A stretch of DNA of 64,000 nt from the human T2T-CHM13v2.0 reference genome, Homo sapiens, in NCBI RefSeq assembly GCF_009914755.1, contig NC_060938.1, one strand, 5' to 3'. Positions 14,567 through 29,330 of the stretch are shown here, piece after piece. The notes beneath the pieces were generated by a model. That model had not been told where the DNA came from and did no database searches. It saw nothing but the letters and a program-made list of their open reading frames with translations. Every line of letters starts with the position of its first letter. Position 1 is the first letter of the stretch. Made by a program: the position numbers and the translations under genes.

Positions 14567-14965
14567 TTTCCCTTTTGAAGCCTAAGATTAGTTCTGTTGA
14601 TTGAAATCTAAAGAGCCTTGACTAAGATTATACTAATGAGATCACCAGCCTGTAAGATCCAAGATGCTAATTCTAGATCTAGTTTCCTGAGCAGTTTATC
14701 AGAAACACTTTTGAACCATACGAAACATTAAATACCTAGAGGAACTAATCAATAAAAAGGTTCTGGAATGGGGCTAGTCTAAAAGCATTGACATGACCAT
14801 CCTAACCCAACTCATCTAGAATGAATAAATGTAGAGAAGGGAAGACAACTATTATGTAAGAAGCTGTAGGTGGCAGACAGAGGTAGTGCCGTTTCAAGGA
14901 GAAGGGACAGAAGTTGTATTTCACCAATAACTTCCAAATTTATACAACTATGAAACAACAACAGC

Positions 14966-15356
14966 TGATATGGCTTGGTTCCGTGTCCCCACCCAAATGT
15001 CACGTGGAATTGCAATCCCTAATGTTGGGGGTGGGACGTGGTGGGAGGTGATTGGATCACAGCAGTGGATTTCCCCCTTGCTGTTCTCATAATAGTGAGT
15101 GAGTTATCACAAGAACTGTTGCTTAAAAGTGTGAAGCACTTCCCCCTTCACTCTCCCTTTCTCCCACTCTGCCATGTGAAAAAGGTGCTTGCTTCCTCCT
15201 CACCCTTCAAAGCACCATGATTGTAAGTTTCCTGAGGCCTCCCTAACCGTGCTTCCTGTACAGCCAATAGAACTATGAGTCAATTAAACCTCTTTTCTTC
15301 ACAAATTACACAGTCTCGGGTGGTTCTTTATAGCAGTGTGAGAATGGACTAATACA
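14966..15356 (+). mobile_element. MSTA-like MaLR solo LTR
   Basis: tgatatggcttgg...gaatggactaataca; TSD acagc on both sides. Confidence 0.85.
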
Positions 15357-15615
15357 ACAGCACACTAACTATGTCCATGTGACACAAAAATGTATTTGAA
15401 ATACCAACATTTTCCTCAAATGTTTATTTTTTTCACCTTGGCTCTCTCCTTATCTCCATTTCTGTCAGCTACACTGTTCTGCACTCATGGCCTTAGAGAT
15501 GGGGGGTGACCACAGAAAGCAGAAAGGGAGGGGAGTTGAGAAAGAAAAAGAAGAAGAAAATGAAGCATTTTCTTCCTGGATTTTGCATATTAAACACAAA
15601 CATTCTCAGATAGGA

Positions 15616-15788
15616 CAGGATGTGTAATTTGTTGTAGGACCCTGTGAAAAATGAATATGTAAGCCCTTTTGCAAAAGTTATTAAGATGTCAAAATGGCAA
15701 CAACACAGCATTAAACTAAGCACTGGGCCTTTCTGAATACAGGGCCCTGAGTGATTGCACAGGTCACAAACCCATGAAGTCAACCCTG
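15616..15788 (-). mobile_element. MER45A-like hAT-Tip100 MITE
   Basis: Reverse complement reads cagggttgacttcatgggtttgtgacctgtgcaatcactcagggccc..., matching the recalled MER45A consensus. Confidence 0.7.
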
Positions 15789-18094
15789 CTGTCACAAAGG
15801 AGTCATGCTATAAACAAATGATTTGGAAGGAAATACCATGAACAAAAGAAAAGAGATTCCCCCCAAAAGAAAAGAGATTCCTGACTGGGAATGTGGTAAC
15901 AGAGAAGAAGGGGGTCCTGGAAAGAGAGGAATAGGAGGTTGGGGAGGCAGACCTGTAGGCATAGGGAGAAAGTCTATGTTGACAGAGTGCCCGGCCTCCA
16001 CTCAAGCAAGCACTATTCATAGCTTGAACCTACCTGTTCTGCCCATAGGCATCAAAGGAGGATGTTACTTCAAATGTAGCCTGCATTGTTCTTGGTGACT
16101 GTCCAGCACAAGCGATGACCACCTACATCATTGGATTTTGCTTTGTTCCCTCTAGCCAACACAGATGGTCAAGCTCCCTTATAGTATCACTGCACAGTTA
16201 TAAGTCATAAGACAGAAGACACCAAGTATGATGTTGTAGGTAAGTAAAAGGGAAATCCCCCAAATCTTGATTAGGTGGGACTAAATGGAGCTACTCAAAA
16301 TTCTCTCTCAATCAAGTCAGTGGTGAAATTCACTCTCTTTACATCAGCAGAAAACAATCATAAATGGTTGTTGACTTTTTCTACATCAAGTTTGCAAGTT
16401 ACCTTCAAGTTTAAGAAGAGTCAAGATAAAAAAACAAGGTATTGCAGGGATAATATTGCCTACTACTCAAAGAATCATCTTTAGCCATTCATTGTGCTGA
16501 AGCCCTGCTGATCCCATGAAGTTCTTTTCAGCCACACACTTACTAATTATAGGTAATTATCACTGCCAAGAGCATCACAGATATAAAACACAGTAATTCA
16601 TATGCATTTAGGTCAAAGTGAGCCACTATTAATGTACTAAACCAAGATTGCAAAACATTTCTGTAGTTAAGCAATATAACTAATCAATAAAGAGGTTATG
16701 GAAAGGGGCTAGTGGAATGCTCCACTTTAATGGGGACTTCCTGAAAAAAGATAAAACACACAGAGGCATAAATTGCCAAACACCACTTTCTAATATTTGA
16801 ACCATGCTAATAATTCCTCTACAAGAAGAAAAAAGTAGTGTTCTATAGCCATTCTCATTCATTTGTTACATTTAAAAGGATTCTGTGCGTGTGTTTAAGG
16901 GAACTGAGTGCACTTTTCTCTTTATTTAACCTGATCACAAAGATTGGTCATCATCTTATCTCATGTGTTTATTTGCCCCACTTTAAAAGTTATGCTAAGG
17001 AAAGAAAATTGTCTTATTAATTGTCATAGCAATTTGTTGAGCAATTTGTTGAGCAGACTATTAGAACATGGTTAGCCCTAAGGCATGTTCCAATTTGCTG
17101 AACTGAAACTGTAGGCATAAGAGTTTTTGCCTACATTATAATTGCCACTAAGCCAATTTCATGCTGTCTAAATCTTGATATAAAATGTTATAGGTTTCAG
17201 CATACCACTTTTGTTCCCAGCAAAGGTGGAGTAACAGAGACCAGATTTACCCTCCCACCAGAATTATACCAAAAAAACAGGCAAGATACACGAAGCAATG
17301 CTTTTCAAGGCAGCGGCTATCATACCAAGAAAGACCATGATCCCTGAAAGACAGGAAACAAATAAAGCAAGCCTTATGATTGCTACAACTTACTGCCTTG
17401 AGAGAGTTTCCAAGTCATGGTGCAAGGAGAGCGAACCCAGGCAGAGTCCAGTGGATTCTTTAATTGGGGAGACAAAGCTGAGAGTTTGGAAAGATGCAGG
17501 TAGGTGGAGTTTGCAGGACAAACTACGGGAGGTAGAGAGCTACGTAGAGAGAAAACTTCCGAGAACTATAAAGGGTCTCCATGGAAGATTCAGCAGAGTA
17601 CTAATCATTACACACATGTGAAAAAAGTGAGGCTGGAGAAAAAAGCAACTAGCAAGATTGGAGGTAAAATTGTCTGTTGCTCACAGGGGACCAGGAACAG
17701 TGACTCCTCCCACCAGCCAGATTTGAAATCCTCATAATTCATGGAACACTGGATAGAGTAATCAGAAGGGTATTGCCTCGGGAATGAGGAATAATTAGCC
17801 CTAGATTATATGCTGTGCTAGTCCCACCTAATAAAGCTTAAAACCAAGATCCACAAATCCCAAACTGTTTCAAAGTAATTTACATCTGACAACAAATCTC
17901 AAGAATATTTACATGAATGCAATAATTCCAGTGCCAAAAAGGGTAATATTTACAATATCTGCCATCCAAACAAAAATTATCAGGCATACAAAGAATAGAA
18001 AATGCAACCCATTTTCAGGAGAAAAATCAACCAATCTAAACTGACCCAGAATTGACAAAAATATATATATATTCGAATTATCAAACAAGGACAC

Positions 18095-18545
18095 TGTTGT
18101 ATGTTGAGTTTTGTTCCCCAAAAAGATATCTTGAAATTCTAATGCCCAGTATCTGTGAATGTGACCTTATTTGGGAATAGAATCTTTAACGATATTTAAA
18201 TTAAGTTGAGGTTATAATGGATTAGCATGGACCCAAATACAATGACTGATGTCCTTGTAGGAAGAGGGAAATTTGGACACAGAGACACACAAAGAGAACA
18301 CCTGATGATGACAGAGGAGAGATTGCAGTGATATAACCCAAAAGATGTCAAGGATTCCCAGCGACCACTAGAAGCTAGGAACAGTCAAGGAAACATCCAC
18401 CCACAGAACTCTCAGAGGAAGTATGCCCCACCAACACCTTAACTTTAGACTTCTAGCCTCCAGAACTGTGAACAAATTAATTTATCTTGTTTTAAGCCAT
18501 CAAGTTTGTGGTACTTTGTTACAGCAGCCCTAGGAAACTAAGATA
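18095..18545 (+). mobile_element. MLT1B/C-like LTR nested in L1
   Basis: tgttgtatgttga...gaatgtgaccttatttgggaatag...gacttctagcctccagaactgtga...gcagccctaggaaactaa. Confidence 0.8.
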
Positions 18546-21432
18546 GATATCAAGGCAATTATTGTATTTTAGATGTTCAAAAAGTGTTATATAAAGAGAC
18601 ATGGAAAATATGAAAAAAGCCCCAAGTTGAACTTCTGGAGATGGAAATCCATTTTATGAGATAAAAAAGACGTTGGATGGGATTAGTGGCCAATTAAATA
18701 TTACGGGAGGACAAAAAAGAATACTGAATTTGAAGACATAGCAAAAGAAACAATCCATAATCAAAGACAAAAAGAAAAATAATTTTTTACTGAGAAAAGC
18801 ATCAATATTCTCTTTGTGAGACAATTTCAATTAGCCTAATAAGTGCAATAATTGGAATGCTCAAGGGAGAGGAAAGTGATAAGGGGGAAAATCATAGATG
18901 CAGAAATGGAGAAACAATGGCTAAAAATTTTCCAAGTCTGATGAAAACCATAAACACACAAATCCAAGAATCTCAAAATACCCCAAGCACAGGAAACTTG
19001 AAGAAAAGTACATCAAGGCACATTACAGTGAAATTGCTCTCAACCAGTGACAAAATCTGAAAAGCATCCCGAGTAAGAAAAAAAAAAAAAAAAAGCAGAT
19101 TATAAAGGAGCAAAGAAAACTTTGACATAAGATTTGTCCTTGTAAACAATGCAAGCAACAAGAAAATGAAGCAATGTTTTTAAAGTACTGAAAGTTAAAA
19201 ATAATGTCAATCTATGATTCTATACCTAGTGATGATATCCTTTTTTAAAAAGAAGACAAAAGTAATACTTTTTCAGACACAGAAAAGCTGGAATAATTTA
19301 TAACCAGCAGATATGTATGACAAAAAAATTAATGAATGTCATTCAAGCAAAAGGAAAGTGACAGCAGTGAAAAATATGGATCAATACTAAGGAATGAGAA
19401 AGACCAGAAGGGGTAACTGTCTTATTATTTGAATCCCTTTAAAAGATAATAACACTGTATTATGGGATTTATAACCTATGTATGAGTAAAATGTATGGCG
19501 ATGGAAGCATAAAGGTTAGGCAGGAGAGGAGAAATGGAGTATAAACAAGCATTCAACAAGTACAGTGTTGAAGGGTTCTTTTAAACCAAGTATAAACTGG
19601 TATAATATCAACTGAATGTGGACTATGATAACTTAAACGTACATGCTATAAACCTTAAAGCAATGAGTATAATAACCAGAGTTATAGCTAAGATTCAGCA
19701 AAGAAGATAAAACGGAATCATAAAAATTCCTTAATGACTCCAAACATATGTTTAAAATAAAAGGAGAATTGGATCAAATAACAATGGAGAAATAGAAAAC
19801 TAATAGCAAGATTATTCACTTAAATGTAATGTGAATAATGACATTAAATGTAAATGATCTATACAAACCAAACAAAAGGCAGAGACGGCGAGACTGAAAG
19901 CAAGACCCAACTCTATGCTATTTATAAGAACTGCACATTTAATATAAAAACTCAAAGAGGTTAAAGTATGAAAAAATCATACCATGATAACGCTGATCAA
20001 AAGAAAGATGGATTGGCTCTACCAATAACAGAAAAGTAGATTGAAGAGCAAAGGATATCACAAGGTATAAAGAAGGCCATTTAATAACAATGAAGAGAAC
20101 AAGAAAATAATAGTCCCAAACACGTATTTACCTAATAATAGAACTTCAAAATACATGAACTTTAAATTGCATGAAGAAAAACCTGATAGAAATGCAATGA
20201 GGGGGAAAAAAAACAAATCCCCGATTGTAGTAAAAAATTTCAGTACCCATGTCTCAACAATTGATATGACAAGTAGACTTTAAAGTTAGCAAAAATACAA
20301 AAGACTTAAACAATACTATCAACAACTTGACCTAATCACATTTGTAGAACACACAACTCCACAAAAGCTGATCACTTATTTTTTTTCAAGTACACACTGA
20401 ACATTTTACCAAGATTGACCATATTCTGAATCATAAAATGAGTCTCACTAAATTTAAAAGTGTTCAAGTTATACAAACTATTTTCCCTGTCTATAATAGA
20501 ATTAATTTACAAATTAACAACAGAATATCTGAGAATTCCTCAAATATTTGGAAACTAAACCACATGCTTCTAAAGAATCAAGGAAGAAATCTAAAAGAAA
20601 AACTAAAAAGTATTTTAAACTGAATACAAATGAAATTACAAGATATCGAAACCTGTGGGATGTCTCTAAAGTAGTATAGGGAAAGTCTACAGCACTACAC
20701 ACATACAATATTATAAAAGAAAAATGGCCTCAAATCAGTGACCTCAGTCTTAAGAAACCTCACCTTAAGAAGTAAAGAAGAGCCAATTAAACCCCAAGTA
20801 GGCAGAGTAATAAAATAATAAAGATCAGAGCATATATCAATGAAATAGAGCACAAAAAAAAATAGAGAATCTAAGAAACAAAAATTTGCTTCTTTGAGAA
20901 TATGAATAAAATTGATAACCCTCTGGATAAAGTACTTAGGTGAAAAAAAGAAGATACAAATTATCAATATCAGGTATGACAGAGTTGACATCAGAATAGA
21001 TTATATAAATATAAGAGGATAAGAGAATATTATGAACAAACTCATGCCAATAAATTCAACAATTTAGATGAAATAGACAATTCATTATGTGACACAAACT
21101 GCCCAGGCTACCTCAAGAAAAATTATATGACTTGAATAGCCCTAAATCTATGTTTAGAAACTGGATTTATAGTTAAAAACCTTCCAATAAGGAAAATGCA
21201 AGGTTCCAACAGCTTCACTGGAGAATTCTACCAAATAAGTAAGAAAGGAATGATATCAGTTCTACACAAACTCCTATAGAAATTTAAAGAGGAAGGAATA
21301 TTTCCCAACTTATTCTGTGATGGAAGAATTAATTGCCCTCATACCAAAATTTGACAAAGAAGTTACAGAAAAGAAAATAACAGACTACTATCCCTTGTGA
21401 ACGTCTATGTAAAACTTTTAAACAGAATTTTA

Positions 21433-21801
<369 letters not shown>

Positions 21802-21869
21802 TTATCCCTGCAATTCAAGGTGGGTTTAACATTCGAAAATCGATCACTATGATTCACCACATTAATAAA

Positions 21870-22790
<921 letters not shown>

Positions 22791-23662
22791 AAGTTCATAT
22801 AAAAGGAATTATGCAGTATAGAAGGAATTGACATTCCTTTTATCCCAAGAGGAATAAGTGATTGAAGACTTTTAAGAAGGAAATAGGCACAATCTGATTT
22901 ATGTTTGTAATGATCTTTTTGGCTACTGTGCGAAGAATGGTGAGTATGCCACTTAAGTATTATTTTTCTTCCCATCTTCCAGGGGGAATATGACTCAATG
23001 AAATTCTTGGGTCGACCAGAATTTCCATACTGGACCCATTATTAAGGGAACCTGGAATTATTTCTGCCATTCCCGATTCTTCCCAGCAGATGGCCCCAAA
23101 GTTCAGTTCCTGAATTGCCTCGCGGAGCCGCGGGCTGCAACGTGAGGCGGCCGCTGCCAGTCGACTCAACCACCGGAGTGGCCCCTGCAGTTGGATAGCA
23201 ACGAGAATCCTCCAGGGGTGCAGGGCGACGGCTTCGGCCGCACCGCGGTCTAGCCAGGGCTGCGTGCCCGCCTCTGACCCTCAGCAGAGGTGTCTCTGGC
23301 CAGGAGGAGCTGAAGTTCTGCAGGACATTGGTCCGCCCGCGGACAGTCCACTCCGCGGGGACTTTCTCTGGATAAGGAGTGCGTGCGAGTGGCTCCCAGG
23401 CAGACAGGGTGTCTAGAAGGCTACACGCTAGGGAAGGTGGCTCCTTGGATTTAAAGAGGAGGAAAGGAGGGGGCATCTAAACTAGGCTTTGGAGAGAACT
23501 AATGGGAGGGGCGCCCGGGGTGGGGGGGCGGGCTGGAAAACAGAGGGGACAGCCAGGACTGGTGTTGGGTGTCAGGGAACAGACGGAGCGGACTGCGTGG
23601 GTCCAGCCAAGGAAAGTGAAGCAAGCAGACTTGTTTGGGTCAAGGTTGCCTAGGGAAGCGGA

Positions 23663-23674
23663 GCACTTAAGTGC
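23663..23674. promoter_or_regulatory. NKX2-1 (TTF-1) site, palindrome GCACTTAAGTGC
   Basis: Two inverted TAAGTG NK2 cores at about -188 to -177 from the ATG, where a TTF-1 element is described for the minimal TSHR promoter. Confidence 0.7.
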
Positions 23675-23709
23675 CTCTTTTTCCCCTTCTCCAGCCTCCT
23701 CCACAGTGG

Positions 23710-23717
23710 TGAGGTCA
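23710..23717 (+). promoter_or_regulatory. CRE-like element TGAGGTCA
   Basis: One mismatch to TGACGTCA at about -141 from the ATG; matches the known CRE-like site of the TSHR promoter. Confidence 0.7.
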
Positions 23718-23832
23718 CAGCCCCTTGGAGCCCTCCCTCTTCCCACCCCTCCCGCTCCCGGGTCTCCTTTGGCCTGGGGTAACCCGAGGTGCAGAGCTGA
23801 GAATGAGGCGATTTCGGAGGATGGAGAAATAG

Positions 23833-24021
<189 letters not shown>

Positions 24022-24119
24022 TGAGTACCCGGGAGAGATCAGGGTAGGACCCAGAGATCAAGGGCATCTGCAGAGGTGGCCCCAAGTGCACAAAAGCAGC
24101 TCAATAACAGCCCGAAGTA

Positions 24120-24176
24120 GTGTGTGAGTGTGTGTATGTGTGAGTGAATGTCTGTGTGTGTAGATGTGTGTGTGTG
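24120..24176. repeat. Imperfect (TG)n microsatellite
   Basis: gtgtgtgagtgtgtgtatgtgtgagtg...gtgtgtgtg. Confidence 0.85.
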
Positions 24177-27100
24177 CTAAAAACTTAATCGCCCACACTT
24201 GGGAAGGTATCATTGTTGACATCCTCATTCCCAACACAGGAAAATGTTACAAAACTTTGGTGTACAATGACCGTGAGAGCTGTTCTTTCCAACAAGCTGC
24301 TATTCAGCACTTTGCCTAACCCTGGTTGAATCTGTTTTATTTGAATTAATAAGGATAATGGCATCTCAGGAACTGACCTTTTTGATCTTACCTTGGGTAA
24401 TAAAAAATTGCAAAAATATGTATTTCTCCTTTTTGTTTCTCTAGATGGGAGGTTATCTTAGCAGTTCTGCTGATTCATCAAATTGTTGACAAAGGTTTAA
24501 GCAGGGGCCCTTTTTAAAATGAACTGTCTATACAGTATCTGTAAGTTACTTACTCAAATGTGAACTGCCAGTGAAATAGTACGTCCAGAACCCTGCTTTG
24601 TGATAGAGGTATAAAGAAATGAAATTTCATAAAAGTATAGTACATTTATCTGCATGTTAAATGTTACCAGATTAGAAACCTGATGTTAAATAAGATTATA
24701 CACACACAACCTGTTTCTTAACAGCAATTTAAATCAGTGATCATTGAAATTGTAGACAAAACCAAGGGAATAAAGTCTGTCTTGATTAGTTAAAAAGAGA
24801 ACAGAAAGAAAGGACAGTAAAACAACCTAGGCTGGTTAAATCCAGTTAAGATAAAAAAAATGCAGGTTATTAAAGAAAATGTTGATAGATGAAAAGAAAT
24901 GGGAAAGTTGCACCTCTAGATTTTCTCAAGAATTTAGCTCATGAAGACTATTTAACAGTAGATGAATATTTGAGCACAGAGATATATTTCTGTGCTCAGA
25001 GATATCCTAGTGTCTTAGCACACCTGAATTAATTAGTTCAATAACCTCCAAACAGTGTGGTAGTCATTCTCCATGCTGCCACCACAGAATAAGATGTGTA
25101 AAAGGTGTAATGGCCTCTTGATTACACCTCTACATAGGTTGCTTGTCACCTCTAGAATAAAATTCTTTTGTGCAGCCTACCAGATCTTTCAAGACCTAGT
25201 CAAGTCTTTCCAACCTCATTGCTCCTCATTTCTCTAACTTCCCCCTCCTGCTGAGAACTTCTGGCACTTCCCCAAAGGTCCCTGCTGTTACAGCTGCCCT
25301 TGCCTTTCTTCCCACTTTCTGGCCCCTCTGCCTGAAGCACATTTCACCCATTTCTTCACCCAGCTAATGCCTACTCCCAGATCCAGATCCTGGATCAACC
25401 CTGCAGGAAGCTTCTCCTGACCCATGACCTTCAGGCTGGGTAAGCTATACCCCCCTTCCCAACAGCGTTCTCTGCATGAACCTAACCCTAGCCCTTAGAC
25501 ATTGTCTACTTTCTTGTAACTTGTTATTTATTTGCATGCCCACTCAAGCAGGACACAAGCTTCTCTAACATAGGGAACTGCCATTCAACCCCGAATTCCT
25601 GAAACCCTGGAACTACTTAGACACTCAGAAAAAACAAAAAAAAAAAACTTAAGTGAATAAATAAACAAATGAATATGCCAGGTCTCTGAATGTCCACTCT
25701 ATGTTGGGGAGAAAGAAATCCAAAGACATCACTTCTTCAGAGACTTCTTTAACAGTGGCAGAAATTCAAGTCATTGAAGAGAGATGTGGCTCTGACAGTG
25801 AAAAGGAACTCGTAGACATCCTGTTTAAAATTCCACCAAAAGTTGAGAAAGAAAGGGTAATGGAGAATGAGCAATGGAACAGGAGTCAGGAAACCAGCAT
25901 TCTCTTTAGCCCTTCTTTACTAACCATGAAATTGTGTAAGAGGACTGATTTGGAAGGAGACAAATTTCCTTCTGGGTAAAAGAGAATGTTCAACTAGGTG
26001 CTTTCTAGGTGATGACATGATGCTGATGAGAATAGTCTGAGGGAAGGCACTGAATCACAAGAAAAAGACATAAAGACAGTGGCAAGGAGGATCTGCCCTT
26101 GAGAATAATGGAGAGGGAGGTAGTATGTCCTGAAGAATAAAGTTATTCTGAGATCGAAAAGAGAAACCTGATAAAAAGTGTGGGTAAAACAAAATGGTAG
26201 TCTCCTTTGAACAATGGCTACTACCATCTGCAACAGTAGAAAAATGATTTTTAAATCTTTTGGGGGCGGTAGAACTCTTTGTTGAAGAAAAGCATATGAG
26301 AGAAGTAAAACATGTAAAGCTAACAATTATATTGTGTTTACTTACGGGGGCGGGGGGTCCTGTTCTCAGCGCTTTGCATGAACTCACCCAGTGAATCCTC
26401 ACCAAATCCAATTAAGTAGGTGATGTTATTATGCTCATTTTATAGATGAGGACCTTGAGGCACAAAAATAAAATGAAGTAATTTGCTCAATGTTGCACAG
26501 CTTGTAAGTGGTAAAGTCAGGATTTGAATATCATATCATCAACTATGGAGCCTGCACCCTTAAGCCACCACTCTCAGATGAGAAGTGTGTCTCACCACAC
26601 CAGTGTTCCCCTGATGGTCATAGGCTTTGGAGAAAAAAGTCTGAAAACAAGTCACATTCAGTAAACCGACTGATAACCTCGGGGGCTATTCATCAGATGC
26701 AAGAACTCAGAAAGCAGGAGGTTAGCAGGGAAAGGAAAGAAGAAGGAAGGAAGAAAGAGAGAGTGGAAGAGAGGCAAGGAGGACAAGAAAGACTAAGTTA
26801 GTCTTTCTTGACAAGAAAATCTAGATCTTTTTTTACATCTTTCTAGACAAGAAAGATCTAAGTTATGGAAGGTATTCCTTGCTGAAATAAACCAAGTTTT
26901 TGTCATTAAAAAGCCGTTCTGGGTGGTGACCTCTTTTTGGAATCTACTTAAATTATACAGGATCTACTACTGAGGCATGTTCTCTCACAAGTTTTGTATT
27001 ATTCAGAGTGTACCTCTTTTTAAAGTTTTTGAAGAGCTTACACTGGTTTAAAATGTAAGGTATTTTGTTCCTGTAGAGTTATTTGCATTACTTCTGCAAC

Positions 27101-28849
27101 CTTCATTAAGATGCTGTATAACCACTTCTTAGACATTTTACAAATTATGATGGTGCCGAGAACAACTCTTTCTAAACTTTATCTTCTACTCATAGATTAT
27201 TGTTCTGAAAGGTAAACAGCTCTCTTGCCCTACTACCCATATCCCAGCGCCATGGTCTTATGGATGCAGGGGAGAGAGTTACGGACTGTGGCCCTCACTG
27301 AAGAAGTGATGCTGTATCTTTTCCTCACTCCTCCCCTCCAGAAGGGTATGATGCTTTACCTGAGTGGAAGGTGAGGGAGAGCTGGGATCCCTACTTCCCC
27401 CACTGCCAGTGGAACATTCTAGAATCTTTGATGTGTAGGTAGTTTGAAAAAAATCACTCTCTTCCATTGAAAATTACTGATTTAAGGAAACTTAAATGAA
27501 GCAAGAGAATAAAATTAAAAATTTAAATGTTGGCATATAATTATAGATCATATATCTCAAAACCAAGGATAACAAGATTGACCCATCACCCTCTCTTACT
27601 CAGAAAGTTGCCATTTGTTGCCTCTGTGCATGAGAAGATCCTTCCTTCTCTGAATAAGGAGGTAGAAAGGATTTGACAACCATTCTGCACCACTCTATGT
27701 ATTTGTGTGGATTCTTCCTCCAGAAAGTGCTGGCACGCCTTACTGTGTTGTTTTAACCCTGCTTTCAGTTTCATTATGACAGTAACTGCTACATCTGCCT
27801 TCTCCAACCCCACTGCCATCTGTGGTCTTGGGTTTCGACGAAGTAAGTGGTTTGGACACCTGTGTGCCTTCAGATATGTTTCTGAAGGAGCTGTTGTTTT
27901 CAGGTTCTGTTTTTACTCATTTGCATTCTGCATCTGTGGCTCTAATTGATGGACTCTCCTACTGTTTACTAAACTGAAGACAATCATTCATCATCTTTGG
28001 CATTTGTACCCTGTGTTCCATCTGTGCTGTTATTTACTCAGTATTTTTAAGTTGACTCGCTTCTCTAACTGAAATTTATTTAGAAAGGTTACAAGTGGAA
28101 AATTAGCATGACTTCGTACAAATAAGAGGTAACCAGAAAACTAAAGACAGAAAAAACAAAAATATAATTAAATTCTAGCTACAGACTATTGTCTGTGAAT
28201 ACACTGAGCCTACAGCTGCCTTCTCTTTGTTAAAAAGGAAGCAAAGTAAGTGTTAATAAGTATTAAAGAGATAACAATCTGGCACGGTGTCCTTGGTAGT
28301 ATCGAAAGGATGGAAAGACAATAGAGAAAGGAATTACTTTCTCACTGTGTGATTCACGGTTATTTAATGCCAGGTGGGCACTCCACCTAAAATAATCTCA
28401 CGTACCTCCAAGTCATCTTTGTTCCACACTTAAAGAAATGTGGATGTTTTGTATATTTCACAATGGTTTTAGTCACAATCAGTGGTTGTAATCTGAATAA
28501 CAATTGTTTCCAAGCTAAAGAGAAGCCCCCTGCTTCAACACCCACGTGCTCCCCAAACACAGCCCCACACATATAAAGGTGACTTCATTTCATATATCCA
28601 GGCTCTGTGAATTATTCTTTTCCATTCTCTCTCTCCTCTCCCATACATATGAAACACTGTTCTAAGAGGAGTGAAGAATTCTGACCTGAAAGTTAAAGGG
28701 ATTTGATTTATTCACTTGGAATGAACATAATAATGAACAATAAAATGTGTCCATCATATATATATGAGAGAGAATATATAGAGAGAGGGAATATATCTGT
28801 ATACCTATGTGTATATATATTTAGACAGATATATATGTGTGTATTTAAA

Positions 28850-29330
28850 TCAGTCAAGGTTTCTGATGATAAGTAACAGAAAACCAACTCTGTTTAGGTT
28901 AAGGAAGAAAAAAAATATTTTGAAAGAACATGTAATTTACAGAATTACTGTAGGACCAGGCTTTGAAAATAGGCCAAGGCCTACTGTGGGCAAGGAACTG
29001 GAGCCACAGTGAATCATCTGTTTAGGACAATTCCATGGGCAATATAGAAACCACAGCCACTGGACATCTGCGGTCTTGTAGCTGCCAGACTGTCTATGTG
29101 CTGCCATCAATAATTTCCCAACTGTCCCTGTCTCTTTAAATATCCTACCTGGGAGTAGTATCCTGTATGGGAGCATTTGATTGGCTGGCAAGCCATAGCT
29201 GCTGGAGGTAGGAAGAGAAAGGTGGTCACCCGCCCACTTTTGGCGTCTGAAATAGGAGACGCAGAACTGGGTCCTTCTAATATTCCACACAACAGGGGAT
29301 TCCCCACTGAAGAGGGGCCATATGCCCTCT
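28850..29330. mobile_element. Old MLT1 (J/K/L-like) LTR
   Basis: gtaacagaaaaccaactc... start and catttgattggc motif typical of old MaLR LTRs; highly diverged. Confidence 0.5.

Noticed and set aside
24066-24085. Second CTCF-like site (gcagaggtggccc) after exon 1
   Set aside because: Only the 3' half fits the consensus; too weak to call.
25701-25979. 92-aa charged ORF in intron 1
   Set aside because: No recognisable homology or convincing splice boundaries; length is within chance expectation.
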